A DNA stretch of 64,000 bases from an uncultured Hormoscilla sp. (lineage in GTDB: Bacteria > Cyanobacteriota > Cyanobacteriia > Cyanobacteriales > Desertifilaceae): NCBI GenBank assembly GCA_963921275.4, contig OZ001293.3, positions 320,001-384,000 on the forward strand, given 5' to 3'. Both the position numbers and the translations under genes were made by a program. The notes beneath the pieces were generated by a model. It had not been told where the DNA came from, searched no databases, and saw only the letters and a list, made by a program, of their open reading frames with translations. How positions within the stretch are numbered: position 1 is the stretch's first letter; each line of letters begins with the position of its first letter. Of the stretch, positions 20,670 through 31,080 are shown one piece after another.

Positions 20670-20951
20670 ATGGCAGATCGAGTTGAACGGATATCAGATG
20701 CAGTATCGGAAATTTTCTACTCTGTCGCTGAAACAGGCGTTCTAAACTTGTCGGATTATTATAAACTGATGTCAGCGGCATTGAATGAAGCTCTAGACGA
20801 TCAAGAGATCGGCTCGATTAACAGACTGCTGTATTTTGTAAGGAAAAGACGGATTGCGGTAGTGGATGACATTGCTGTGAGATTCGGAAAATACGTTAAG
20901 CAAGATAGTGATTATACGGAACTGGAACTGCCGATGCTGCAAGTGGCATAA
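20670..20951 (+). CDS. Small cyanobacterial hypothetical protein (paralog 1)
   Basis: SEIFYSVA.TG...SDY.K.M...RLLYFVRK, shared with the next ORF. Confidence 0.75.
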   Translation: MADRVERISDAVSEIFYSVAETGVLNLSDYYKLMSAALNEALDDQEIGSINRLLYFVRKRRIAVVDDIAVRFGKYVKQDSDYTELELPMLQVA

Positions 20952-21208
20952 GACAGGCGATCGGACTAGCAAGCATTATCAATCACAGAGATCTAGGAGA
21001 TGAATAATGTGGCTAGTGAAGTTGTTGGCTAGGGCTGGAAAGGTAAGGAAGGGAGCAGGTGTGTGATATAAGTCACTCAAATTGTCAGTTTATGGTCACC
21101 AGATATGATGCTGTGCCATCACGTTTCCAGAGCAGAACAGATCACAAAGAAAGGCGGGGAACAGTCACGGTAGTAACGGGAAGTTGAGGAGATATTGGAA
21201 TAGTAGAG

Positions 21209-21580
21209 TTGAGAACTTCCCAGATACTATCTCCAGTTGAAATTTACTCCGAGACAATCTCTGAAATTTTCTATTCTGTGGCAGTAACTGGCAGAATTAC
21301 TGAGTCGGACTATAAGAAAATAATGGTCGCAATGTTAACTTTATCTATGGATGAAGAAGAGCTCAAATCCGTTAGGAGGACGATGCATTTTGTCAAGAGA
21401 GGAAAGATTTCGGTAGTCAAGGAAAGCCTTGATAATCTTGAGCTCTCCACTCCTATTGATTATACTGCTGAATTGGTACTTACCATGGGTATAAAGGGTA
21501 TTTTTCAGGATCTCCAACAGTTTGGGTCTAAGAAGTGGCTCAACAATAAAGCTTATCCTCAAACAGGTCTTCACAAGTAA
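21209..21580 (+). CDS. Small cyanobacterial hypothetical protein (paralog 2)
   Basis: SEIFYSVAVTG...SDYKKIM similarity to 20670-20951; start uncertain. Confidence 0.7.
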   Translation: MRTSQILSPVEIYSETISEIFYSVAVTGRITESDYKKIMVAMLTLSMDEEELKSVRRTMHFVKRGKISVVKESLDNLELSTPIDYTAELVLTMGIKGIFQDLQQFGSKKWLNNKAYPQTGLHK

Positions 21581-21581
21581 C

Positions 21582-21812
21582 TTAGATCGCATCCTTTAGT
21601 CCCAGGCTTTCCAAGTAGGAGATCCACCCTTGGGAAGTATTTTCGACTTCTATAATACCCAGGGCCCTGGCCACATCGGCTATCCAGGGAACGGTGGAGA
21701 TCCTATATCCTTGCCAATTTACTCCTACGGATAGCCATTCAGGTACAGCGCTTTCGTCAAACTGGGTTGATAGTTTGTAGCTAGCCCGGAAACAATAGAT
21801 TTGACTGTTCAT
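21582..21812 (-). CDS. Hypothetical protein, probably truncated
   Basis: ATG directly after the ABC pseudogene; protein-like composition. Confidence 0.5.
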   Translation of the reverse strand: MNSQIYCFRASYKLSTQFDESAVPEWLSVGVNWQGYRISTVPWIADVARALGIIEVENTSQGWISYLESLGLKDAI

Positions 21813-21821
21813 GGTTAATTG

Positions 21822-23555
21822 TTAGCTATTAGCAATACTCTCTTGGAGATTGTAGCTAGAAACTTGCAAGCGAAACATCCGCGCATAGAGACCATCATTG
21901 GCCATCAGTTGAGTGTGGTCTCCCACTTCGACAATGCGACTATTATCTAGCACGACAATGCGATCGGCCAAGAGGACAGTAGAAAAGCGGTGACTGACAA
22001 AGAAAGTCATTTTTCCCTAAGTTAGCTGGCGAAACTTATGAAACAATTGATATTCGGCTAAGGCATCTAAGGCGGCGGTGGGTTCGTCTAAAATGAGGAT
22101 GGGTGCATCTGTCATAAAAGCCCTGGCCATGCCAAATTTTTGCCATTGTCCCCCAGAGAGTTCAACTCCCGATGAGAACATCTTACCCAAAATTGTCTCA
22201 TATCCCCGATCGAGCCCAGCAATTAATTCTTGGGCTCCCCCATCAGCAGCAGCTTGCTGGAGACGAGACATGTTCGAGCGTTCTGGCAGGTTGCCAAAGC
22301 CAATATTATCCTGTACGCTCAGGTGATGGCGGGCAAAATCCTGAAAAATCACATCAATGTTGCGGCACAACTCTTGCAGGTCTAATTCCGACAGGGGAAT
22401 GCCATCCAGAGTGATTTCCCTAGTATCAATCATATAATCGAGTGAGGAGTTTCAGTAAAGCGGTTTTGCCAGCGCCGTTCAATCCTACTAGAGCAATACT
22501 TTCTCCTGGCTGTACGGTTAAGTTCAAATCAACTAGGGTGGGGCTGGTAGATCCGGAATAAGTGAAACTTACATTCCGCAACTCCAGACCTGTTTGCAGG
22601 GGACTGGGAAAAGGTTTGGGACTCTTTGGCGTCACCACGAGGGGCTGCAAGTCCAAGAATTCAAAATACTGACTGACATAGAGATTGGCATCGTAGATGT
22701 TGGCCACATTTTGGAGAATACCAGGAATGAGATTCTGAGCCTGGCCAAAAGCACCTGTATACATAGTGAAGTCTCCGAGGGTAATGGCTCCCATTACGGC
22801 CTGCACTACTGCCCAGATATAAGCTGTGTAAAAGCCCAAGTTAGCAACTATGCCTGCGCCACCGCGAACTGCTGCATACTTGCCTGCCAAAGCAGCTGAT
22901 GTTTGATTAAACTCGGTACGAATGTCGCGCCATTGCCCGAGTAAATATGCTCCCAGGTTAAACAAACGCACTTCTTTAGCATATTCGCCCTGAGTGAGCA
23001 GACGCTGCAAGTAGTCCGCTAGTCTTCCACTCTCGGTTTGAGAACGTAACATCCAGAAGCGCTTGCCAGAAAAAATCACTGCTACCCAGAAAGCTGGGAA
23101 ACCCGTGATTATAAGTATTCCGGCGATCGGGGGACTAAATCTGAGTAGCAAGGTAAGTAAGCTAAACAGGGTAAATATTTGTCCCAAGAGGGTGGTGAGG
23201 GTGCTAACCACTGTGACAGGATAGTAACTGCCACTTTTGCTGGCGCGACTGAGAGCATTATGAAACTCTGATGATTCATAATGAGCTAAATCCAGTTGCA
23301 CTGCTTGTACTAGCAGCACTCCATTGGCATGGAGGGTGAACCTGTCCTTAAATACTTGGGAGACATAGACGTTTACCTGGTTCAGCCCTTCCTGTAGTAG
23401 ACTGAGGCCAAACTTAAACCCACCAGTGTTAGTAAGGGCGTCCAGTCAACCTCTGTCTGTTTTACATTAATCAGAATCTGGTCTATAATCAGCTTGCTGA
23501 CGATCAGTTGCGCTGCTGGCAGCGCGGATCTAATCAGGGCGATCGCTAAAGATAA
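21822..23555 (-). pseudogene. ABC exporter (TMD plus NBD), multiply frameshifted
   Basis: GLNGAGK, LSGGQWQ, ILDEPT and VSHR lie in three separate ORF pieces. Confidence 0.9.
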
Positions 23556-23600
23556 TAGTTAATTGCGTTTCCAGCCAGATTCAGTCAAGGGCGGGGCGGA

Positions 23601-24308
23601 TTAGGGAATCAAGGCCAATACTGATACGGGTGTTCCCGAACCTCCCCGGAGACGGAGAATGCCAATTACTAATGTAGCACCTGTAGGAGGCAGGCGATCG
23701 AGGTTGGTCAAATTTTCCAGGACAAGTTTCTGCTGGGACAGTACCAGCTTATTAATAGAGAAGGTGCTGTCTACTCCGGGGTCTACTCCGTGGGTGTCAA
23801 TTCCAACTCCGGCAATGCCTCTTTCTGCTAGCATAAAGCAGGTGGATTCAGTCCCGAACCCCGGAAATTGCTGCAAAAATGCTCGTGCATCGCCCCACTT
23901 GTTTTGCCAACCGGTGTATAATAGGACAATACTGCCGACGGGTATGCGATCGTGCTTTGATTCCCAACTGAGAATGTCATCTTTGGTTAAGGCATAATCG
24001 GGATTAGCCGCAGCGCGATCGCAAATATCGATCGCCACAGATGGGACAACCAGCGATCGGGCGGGATAGCGATCGATTCCGGGACCATCAGGATAAAAAC
24101 TCTTGGGTGCATTTATATGAGTCCCGCTATGTTCTCCCATGGAGAAGCGGCGCAGATAGTAACCATCTTGGTTTAACTCAGCTACTGACTCAAATTCAAT
24201 GGGAGGATCCCCTGGCCATCGGGGGATGTTGGGGTCGATAATATGGCTGAGGTCTATTACTTGACTGTAACTGATGGTTTCGATCGGATTTGAGTTGGAG
24301 TTCATCAC
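23601..24308 (-). CDS. Cyclase family metallohydrolase (kynurenine formamidase-like)
   Basis: EHSGTHINAP, GIDT and ENLTNL. Confidence 0.88.
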   Translation of the reverse strand: MMNSNSNPIETISYSQVIDLSHIIDPNIPRWPGDPPIEFESVAELNQDGYYLRRFSMGEHSGTHINAPKSFYPDGPGIDRYPARSLVVPSVAIDICDRAAANPDYALTKDDILSWESKHDRIPVGSIVLLYTGWQNKWGDARAFLQQFPGFGTESTCFMLAERGIAGVGIDTHGVDPGVDSTFSINKLVLSQQKLVLENLTNLDRLPPTGATLVIGILRLRGGSGTPVSVLALIP

Positions 24309-24425
24309 GGTAATGGGTTGAGTTAGTCCACATCCTAGATTATGGTAACATATTAGCAGGGCTATTTTATGCTTGAGGGTGAATCAAAAATGATGCCAGA
24401 TGATTGAGAAGAAAAGAAACAGCAA

Positions 24426-25604
24426 ATGCAAAATATCAAGGAAGTAGTTGCCCAAGCTGCCCAGCATCTAACGGGGCAAGAAGATTTTCCAGGGGCGGCA
24501 AGTTGGTATATAGGCAGCAAAGTTGTCAAAGCAGATATAATTGAGTTCTTGGAGGATGCAGCGACTCGTTTTCTCCAGATTAAGGTTTCTAGTAAGGATA
24601 CTAAAGATTGGTTGATTGCCACGCTGTTAGAACATCCCCAACTATGGGATAGTTTTTTCCAGAGGTTTAACCAGGCTTTGGCCCTGCATCCTCCGGATGT
24701 AGAGTATATTTTGCAATGCTCCCGAACGGAACGCAAGCGTTGGGAGTCGGAAGGTAAACTGCCTGTAGTGGGTTCTGATTCTGTGAGGAAGCATGGCCAG
24801 GATTTGGTTTTTTCTCTGTTCGATCTGAGGGCGATCGCCCGGCTGTCTCCAGAGGAGATTTCGGCTTGGCGCAGCACTCACGCACAGTTGCTGAAACGTT
24901 CTCAAAAAATCGGAGCATATAAGGCCAAGGAAACTAAGGTAGAACATAACCGGACTCGTTTAGAATTTGGTTTAACTTGGCAAGAACTGTGCGAACAATG
25001 GGAAATCCGGGATGCTGCTGCTGCACCAGTGCTTAAGCTAGCTTATTGGTGTGTCTGGGTTTCTCGGTGGGCGAAGGAATATCAGATCCGGGCTCATCGC
25101 GCTAGGAAATATGCTGATGAGTATCGGGCTAAATCTGAGGAATATTATCAACTGAAGACTGAAATTGTTCGAGTTTTGGTGCGGTCTCCTTATGCCCAGT
25201 TGAGTTTTTATCGCCCCGATCGCCCTCACAAAATTATTTGGGACGATCGTGATTTTGATGATGAATATGATGAACCCGATCGCTTTTACGACCGACTCCG
25301 GGAACCAGTGCGTCAAATTAAAGATTACTTCTCTCTGTATTATTTATCCGTAGCCTCTGATCGCATTCCCGATGTCAGGTTTTCTTTCCACACCCCCTAT
25401 CCGATCGGGAAAAATTTCTTCCCTTTTCCGAATAGTTTACCGCAAGTAAATCATTCCGAACAAGAAGGACTATTCCGGTTTGGTCGGGTGCTTTTTGATA
25501 AGGAAAAGATTACTCACAGCGAAAAAATGACCTGTAAGCAGGTGGATTTTTATTTAGATTTGTTGCGACATCAACATGCTGCAATTGATCAATTAAATCA
25601 ATAG
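24426..25604 (+). CDS. Hypothetical protein
   Basis: 392-aa ORF; no family recognised. Confidence 0.75.
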   Translation: MQNIKEVVAQAAQHLTGQEDFPGAASWYIGSKVVKADIIEFLEDAATRFLQIKVSSKDTKDWLIATLLEHPQLWDSFFQRFNQALALHPPDVEYILQCSRTERKRWESEGKLPVVGSDSVRKHGQDLVFSLFDLRAIARLSPEEISAWRSTHAQLLKRSQKIGAYKAKETKVEHNRTRLEFGLTWQELCEQWEIRDAAAAPVLKLAYWCVWVSRWAKEYQIRAHRARKYADEYRAKSEEYYQLKTEIVRVLVRSPYAQLSFYRPDRPHKIIWDDRDFDDEYDEPDRFYDRLREPVRQIKDYFSLYYLSVASDRIPDVRFSFHTPYPIGKNFFPFPNSLPQVNHSEQEGLFRFGRVLFDKEKITHSEKMTCKQVDFYLDLLRHQHAAIDQLNQ

Positions 25605-25674
25605 TGTTTATCCTTCTAAATTATAGCAGCAGCATGTTTAATTGGAGCAATTTTAAGGGTAAATGTCACACTCG

Positions 25675-26112
25675 TTAAACTGTAGAAGTTGCTTGCGGGC
25701 GATCGAGTCCCTGTTTGATCCAGTTGATACATTCTTGTTCCGATGGGAACAGCTTGGGTGCGGCAATATTTCTCAAGCTGTCGGGGGGATAATGATCGTA
25801 AAAATATTTCCCGCATTGTTGGTAGATGATAATCAGATTGTGGCGATAGGTATATCGAGATTTGAAATAATCTACCTGACTGAGGACATCGGTATGGCGA
25901 TCGAGATATTCTTTAGCAATTTCAATCAAGCTAGCAATGCCACCGGAATAGATCCCAGCGGGATTTTCTGATTTATGGAATTTACCTTTATGTCCCAGAT
26001 CGGATAGTAGCTTATAGGAGTAGATGGAGTAACCGTCCGCCATGCCAAAGACAAAGGGGACGATCAGATGTCCCCGATGGGAAACTGAGTTTTCGTAAAT
26101 TAACCTATTCAT
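25675..26112 (-). CDS. Cyanobacterial hypothetical protein
   Basis: 145-aa ORF with a two-fold internal repeat (HRGHLIVP/YRHNLIII). Confidence 0.75.
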   Translation of the reverse strand: MNRLIYENSVSHRGHLIVPFVFGMADGYSIYSYKLLSDLGHKGKFHKSENPAGIYSGGIASLIEIAKEYLDRHTDVLSQVDYFKSRYTYRHNLIIIYQQCGKYFYDHYPPDSLRNIAAPKLFPSEQECINWIKQGLDRPQATSTV

Positions 26113-26347
26113 GGTGCTTTTTGCGGTATAATCAGCGGTAGAGGAGATGCTGAGGTGAGTACCGGTATTTTATCACTATCAAGTCACTATGACCTCCGAT
26201 CGCGCAGGCGCAGCCGTGTGGCGCAGCCATGCGATCGCCGCCGTCACCCGTTCCCAGGCAGATGGGAACAAGGGGTGGGGCCTTGAGCAGCCCGCCGGGC
26301 TTAATTGCTTCCATCATCGATGGGGTAAACTACATCGATGGAGTCAA

Positions 26348-27115
26348 CTATGACAGCTGTTCGGGATCGATTCCTTGTTGGCGCAGTCGCGCTATCAAGA
26401 TTTGATAGCGCTGTTGTTCCTGTTCCAATTGAGTAATTGCTTCCAAAGCCCGTTGGCGTTCCCGTTCTGCCCGTTGGCGTTCCTGTTCTGCCCGTTGGTG
26501 TTCCCGTTCTGCCCGTTGGTGTTCCTGTTCGCGGAGTCGATCCAGTTCAACGGGAGTGAGGAACTTGCGCCCATCAGGACGATAAATTTCCAGGCTGTCC
26601 GATGTCAGTTCAAACCTGATTCCCAACCGGGGACTAACCCAACCATTCATCTGGCGAATCTCTTCTAAGCTTTCCCCAGAACGCTGCAACCCATCTAAGT
26701 ATATCCTCTCTGGGTCATAGATGTAATATTCCTGGACTCCATAGCGTTCGTAAAAGCCGAGTTTCCTGGTCATTTCTTTGAGTCGGTTGCCCGGAGATAG
26801 AATTTCAAACACCACCTGGGGAGCGATGTTATCTTCTTCCCACTGTCTGTAGGAACCTCTGTCTCCTTTTGGCCTGCCAAAGACAACCATCACATCGGGC
26901 GCTTGCCGAATTGTGTTATCTCCCTCAACGGGATACCATAATAGATCCCCCGCGACAAACAAATCCTCGATCGGGGCAAACAAGATTTCCAAGTTTTCTT
27001 TGATTATCACAATCCAGCGGAATTGTTTGGTATTATCAGCCATTGGTTGACCGTCACTATCGGGATAGATGATTTCTGTTTTTTTCTCAGCGAGGACTTC
27101 TTGTACCTGTACCAT
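26348..27115 (-). CDS. Uma2 family endonuclease
   Basis: YPDSDGQPMADNT, APDVMV and FEILSP; C-terminal heptad repeats. Confidence 0.92.
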   Translation of the reverse strand: MVQVQEVLAEKKTEIIYPDSDGQPMADNTKQFRWIVIIKENLEILFAPIEDLFVAGDLLWYPVEGDNTIRQAPDVMVVFGRPKGDRGSYRQWEEDNIAPQVVFEILSPGNRLKEMTRKLGFYERYGVQEYYIYDPERIYLDGLQRSGESLEEIRQMNGWVSPRLGIRFELTSDSLEIYRPDGRKFLTPVELDRLREQEHQRAEREHQRAEQERQRAERERQRALEAITQLEQEQQRYQILIARLRQQGIDPEQLS

Positions 27116-27234
27116 TGGTGCTTTACCTCCAGCGAACTTTGGTCATGAATCTTGCCAAAGCTATCCATTTCTATTATAATCTAACATATAAATCATCCGC
27201 GATCGAGCAAATCTGTTTGTTACCACCCTTGTTT

Positions 27235-28113
27235 ATGTCGAGCAGTTTTTTACCCCCGGAAGTCACGCAACTGACAGAGTCTACTTCTATTACTCTGGCC
27301 CAAAGGATCCAGTGTCAGCAGATCGCCACTCCTCTGAACGATCGGCCAATTCCGACCGCCTACGTGCATGAGGGGAAAGGCGGTACCCCGATTTTATTAT
27401 TGCACGGTTTTGACAGTTCCGTGCTGGAATTCCGCCGCCTCTTCCCCCTACTGGCCCCTGAATCAGAAACTTGGGCGATCGACTTGTTAGGTTTTGGCTT
27501 TACAGAACGCATTCCGGGCATTACCCCAGAAACCATTAAAGCACATCTCTATGCTTGCTGGCAAAGTTTTATCGATCGGCCAGTAATTTTGGTGGGGGTG
27601 TCCATGGGAGGTGCTGCTGCGATAGATTTTAGCATCTGTTACCCGAAAGCTGTCAAAAAGCTAGCGTTAATTGACAGTGCGGGTTTTGCTAAAGCCCCAG
27701 CAATGCAGGGATTTTGCTTGACTCCCTTGGTATACCTGGCGGCTGAATTTCTGCGTCAGCCGAAGGTGCGCCAGAATGCCGGTCAAAAGGCTTACTATGA
27801 CCGGAAGTTGGCTTCCCTTGATGCTAATTTATGTGCATCCCTACACCTGAAAATGCCCAATTGGCGTCAAAGTATGGTAGAGTTTACTAAGAGTGGTGGT
27901 TATAACTTTTTGGCCGATCGCATTTCTGAAGTTAAGCAGGAGACCTTGATTTTGTGGGGAGACTCGGATAAGATATTGGGAACGTCCGATGCAGAAAGGT
28001 TCCAGAAGGCGATCGGCGGTTCACAACTGATCTGGATCGAAGAGTGCGGTCACGTACCGCACCTGGAGAAGCCGGAAATTACTGCCAAGCACATTCTCGC
28101 CTTCCGCGATTAA
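27235..28113 (+). CDS. Alpha/beta hydrolase
   Basis: LHGFDSS, GVSMGG and CGHVPHLE. Confidence 0.9.
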   Translation: MSSSFLPPEVTQLTESTSITLAQRIQCQQIATPLNDRPIPTAYVHEGKGGTPILLLHGFDSSVLEFRRLFPLLAPESETWAIDLLGFGFTERIPGITPETIKAHLYACWQSFIDRPVILVGVSMGGAAAIDFSICYPKAVKKLALIDSAGFAKAPAMQGFCLTPLVYLAAEFLRQPKVRQNAGQKAYYDRKLASLDANLCASLHLKMPNWRQSMVEFTKSGGYNFLADRISEVKQETLILWGDSDKILGTSDAERFQKAIGGSQLIWIEECGHVPHLEKPEITAKHILAFRD

Positions 28114-28180
28114 AAGGTTTGTACTAAAGTTTGTACTAAAGTTTGTGCTAAAGTTCGTAGTAAGGACTTAGTCCTTGCAC

Positions 28181-28330
28181 TCCGGAAACACTAAAGTGTT
28201 TACTACGAACCCCCGAAGCACTAAAGTGCTTACTACGAACTCCGGAAACACTTTAGTGTTTACTACAAACCCCGGAAAGACTTTAGTGTTTACTACGAAC
28301 TCCGGAAACACTAAAGTGCTTACTACGAAC
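28181..28330. repeat. Tandem repeat, 30-bp unit x5, of the AAGCACTAAAGTGCTTACTACGAAC family
   Basis: Relatives near 7200, 9780, 29315, 32395, 57675, 59670 and 60395. Confidence 0.9.
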
Positions 28331-28352
28331 CAACTAACAAGGTAAAAAGAAA

Positions 28353-29318
28353 ATGATTTCACCGAATCAATTAATTCTTGCCCTCGACTTTGGAGGCACT
28401 AAACACGCAGCCGCGATCGTTCAAAGCGGAGACAGAAAGTGGCAGAAAGGTCGCCGCGTCCTTTCTCCTCCCTTCGCTGGTGCTAGCGTCGATCGCGAAA
28501 TTATGCGATCGCTCATCCACCAGTTGCTGCAAGGAGAAAAACCAGGGGCGATCGGGGTAAGTTTTGGCGGACCAATAGACGCCACCACGGGCACAGTACG
28601 GCTTTCCCATCACGTCCTGGGTTGGAAAAATACTCCTCTGCGGGAACTCTTAGAAACCGAATATGGCGCACCCGTCAGCGTAGACAATGACGCCAATGTA
28701 GCAGCATTAGGAGAATATCGGTTTGGGGCGGGAAAGGGTTACGATAGTATGTTTTATATTACCATCAGTACGGATGTAGGAGGGGGATAGATTCTGAATG
28801 GACGGCCTTGGCGGGGTGCTGATGGCATGGCAGGAAAAATAGGTCATATAGTAGTCGATCCAGAAGGACCAAAATGCTTGTGTGGGAAGCGCGGATGTGT
28901 GGAACGTTTCGCTTCGGGACCATATATTGCCCAAACAGCGCAGCAGTTCTTGCAGCAGCAACCACATCGAGGTGAATTATTGCGGAATTTGGCAGGAAAT
29001 AATTTGTCAGATATAACTGCACAATTAGTCAGTCAAGCGGCAGCCCAAGGAGATAATCTAGCTAGTGAAGTATTAGAAGTAGCAGGATGGGCCCTAGGAG
29101 TAGGGATTGGAAATGTGGCGAATTTGATCAATCCTCAGCTTTTTGTGTTGGGGGGAGGCGTGACGAAAGCAGGGGCAAAGTTTTGGGAAGCAGTGCGTCT
29201 GGTTGCCCGGAAGACTGCTTTACCAGAAGTTAATTTTGAAATTGTTCCTGCTGCTCTGTCAGATGAAGCCCCGCTGTGGGGTGCGGTGGCATTGGCAGAA
29301 GATTTACTTGGTTCGTAG
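28353..29318 (+). pseudogene. ROK family kinase with a premature stop
   Basis: DFGGTK, DNDANVAALGE and CLCGKRGCVE; in-frame TAG at 28788-28790. Confidence 0.9.
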
Positions 29319-29376
29319 TAAGCACTTTAGTGCTTGCTCTATACTATAATTACAGCAACTAATTCACGGGATTACT

Positions 29377-29988
29377 ATGACACAAATCATCCAGGCAAAT
29401 ACATTAACATTACACGATGTTAAGGAAAAGTTTAGCATCCAGCTTATTGATGACGAAGATTTTTTCCCCGAATGGCAATATAATTTGCCACAGGTGACTG
29501 AGGCGGAAAAAGAATGGCTCGATCGGATGAAAGCAGATTTCCTTTCTCTAGAAGAGTACCCCTTCCACGAAGAAATTGTCAAGCTGGCTGTCTTGGGCCC
29601 TTTGCTGTCCTTAGCAGGTTTATTTGGTCATCCTTTTCATCCGGAGGTTGAGGTAATAGTTGAGGCTGAAGATGAGGAAGAAGTTATACGCGGAAGTATT
29701 GATGTGTTGATTTTACGGCAAAATTTTTGGGTAACATTAATAGAGGCAAAAAATCAACAGTTTAGTCTGGTAAAAGCTTTGCCGCAAGCTTTGTTTTATA
29801 TGCTGAAAAATCCTCATCCTGAGAAATCAACCTTTGGCTTGATGACGAATGGCAGTCATTTCACCTTTATCAAACTTACTCGGCAGGATACTCCTAAGTA
29901 CGGGTTGTCTGAAGAGTTTAGTTTGTATCGCCGGGGTAATGAGTTATACCGGGTTTTGAGTATTTTGAGGCGGTTGGGAGATTTATAA
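29377..29988 (+). CDS. Restriction-endonuclease-like (PD-(D/E)XK) cyanobacterial protein
   Basis: GSIDVLI...IEAK...QALFYM...GLMTNG. Confidence 0.75.
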   Translation: MTQIIQANTLTLHDVKEKFSIQLIDDEDFFPEWQYNLPQVTEAEKEWLDRMKADFLSLEEYPFHEEIVKLAVLGPLLSLAGLFGHPFHPEVEVIVEAEDEEEVIRGSIDVLILRQNFWVTLIEAKNQQFSLVKALPQALFYMLKNPHPEKSTFGLMTNGSHFTFIKLTRQDTPKYGLSEEFSLYRRGNELYRVLSILRRLGDL

Positions 29989-30079
29989 ACGAGCGATCGC
30001 CCTATTGGCTTGACTTCGCTTTCATCCCGCCGGGGGTTCAAACCCCCGGCTAATAGCTAAAGTCGGTTAAAACCGACTA

Positions 30080-30951
30080 GGGTGTGTCATCAATCAAATT
30101 GCTTGACAGAAGTAGATGGATACGATATGGAGTCCTTATCCAGCAATAACAATCAAGAGGGCATGATATGAGACGCTATGGCTTGCGAGACGACCAGTGG
30201 GAACGGATCGAACACCTTTTACCTGGTAAAGAGGGTGACCCAGGCGCTACAGCCAAGAACAATAGATTATTCGTGTTCTGCCGTGTTATATCGATATCGT
30301 GCTGGCATTCCCTGGCGGGATTTACCGGAGTGTTTTGGGGATTTTCGGGTTGTTCATACCCGCCATACCCGTTGGTCTGAAAAGGGAGTTTGGAAGCAGG
30401 TATTCGATGTCTTGGCCTCAGACGCCGATAACGAATACGCCGCGATTGATGCCACCATCCTGCGTGCCCATCAACGAGCGTGCGGGTGCAAAAAAAACAC
30501 CCTCAGATACGTGCGAAACCCAAGCCATAGGCCGTAGTAAAGGGGGACTATCGACAAAGATTCATGCCACTTGCGATTGCCCAAGGCAATCCCACAGGAT
30601 TTCATCTTACCCCTGGCCAAGCCCACGACGGGAAAGGCGCTGACGTGCTATTGGATAAAATCGGTGAGATTGGCGCGCTGCTTGCAGATAAAGCCTATGA
30701 TGCGGAACAACGTGTGCTCGAGCGCCTGAAAGAGGCGGATTGGATGGCTGTCATTCCTCCAAAAAGTAACCGCACAGAACACAGAGAATACGATGAAGAA
30801 ATGTACAAGTGGCGGCATCTAATTGAAAATCTATTCCAAAAACTCAAGCAATACAGGGCTCTGGCGACACGCTACGATAAAACGGCTCGCAATTTCTTGG
30901 GTGCCATCTACCTCGCGGCAGCTGTAATATGGCTTAATTGATGACACGCCC
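30080..30951 (+). mobile_element. IS5-family insertion sequence (IS427-like), transposase split across several frames
   Basis: TIR GGGTGTGTCATCAAT/ATTGATGACACGCCC; TA duplication; GRSKGGLSTKIH, ADKAYD and RYDK motifs. Confidence 0.93.
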
Positions 30952-31080
30952 TAATATCATTTGAATTTATCAACCATAAGGACTAAGAAACCCGGTTTCT
31001 CCAAGAAACCGGGTTTCTGGGTACTCCCAACGATAAGGACTAAGAAACCGAGTTTCTGGGTACTCTTAGACTTGGACAGG

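Noticed and set aside
28115..28330. Possible CRISPR array or small ORF (28168-28362)
   Set aside because: 30-bp tandem units of a dispersed repeat family with no spacers; the ORF is only the repeat translation
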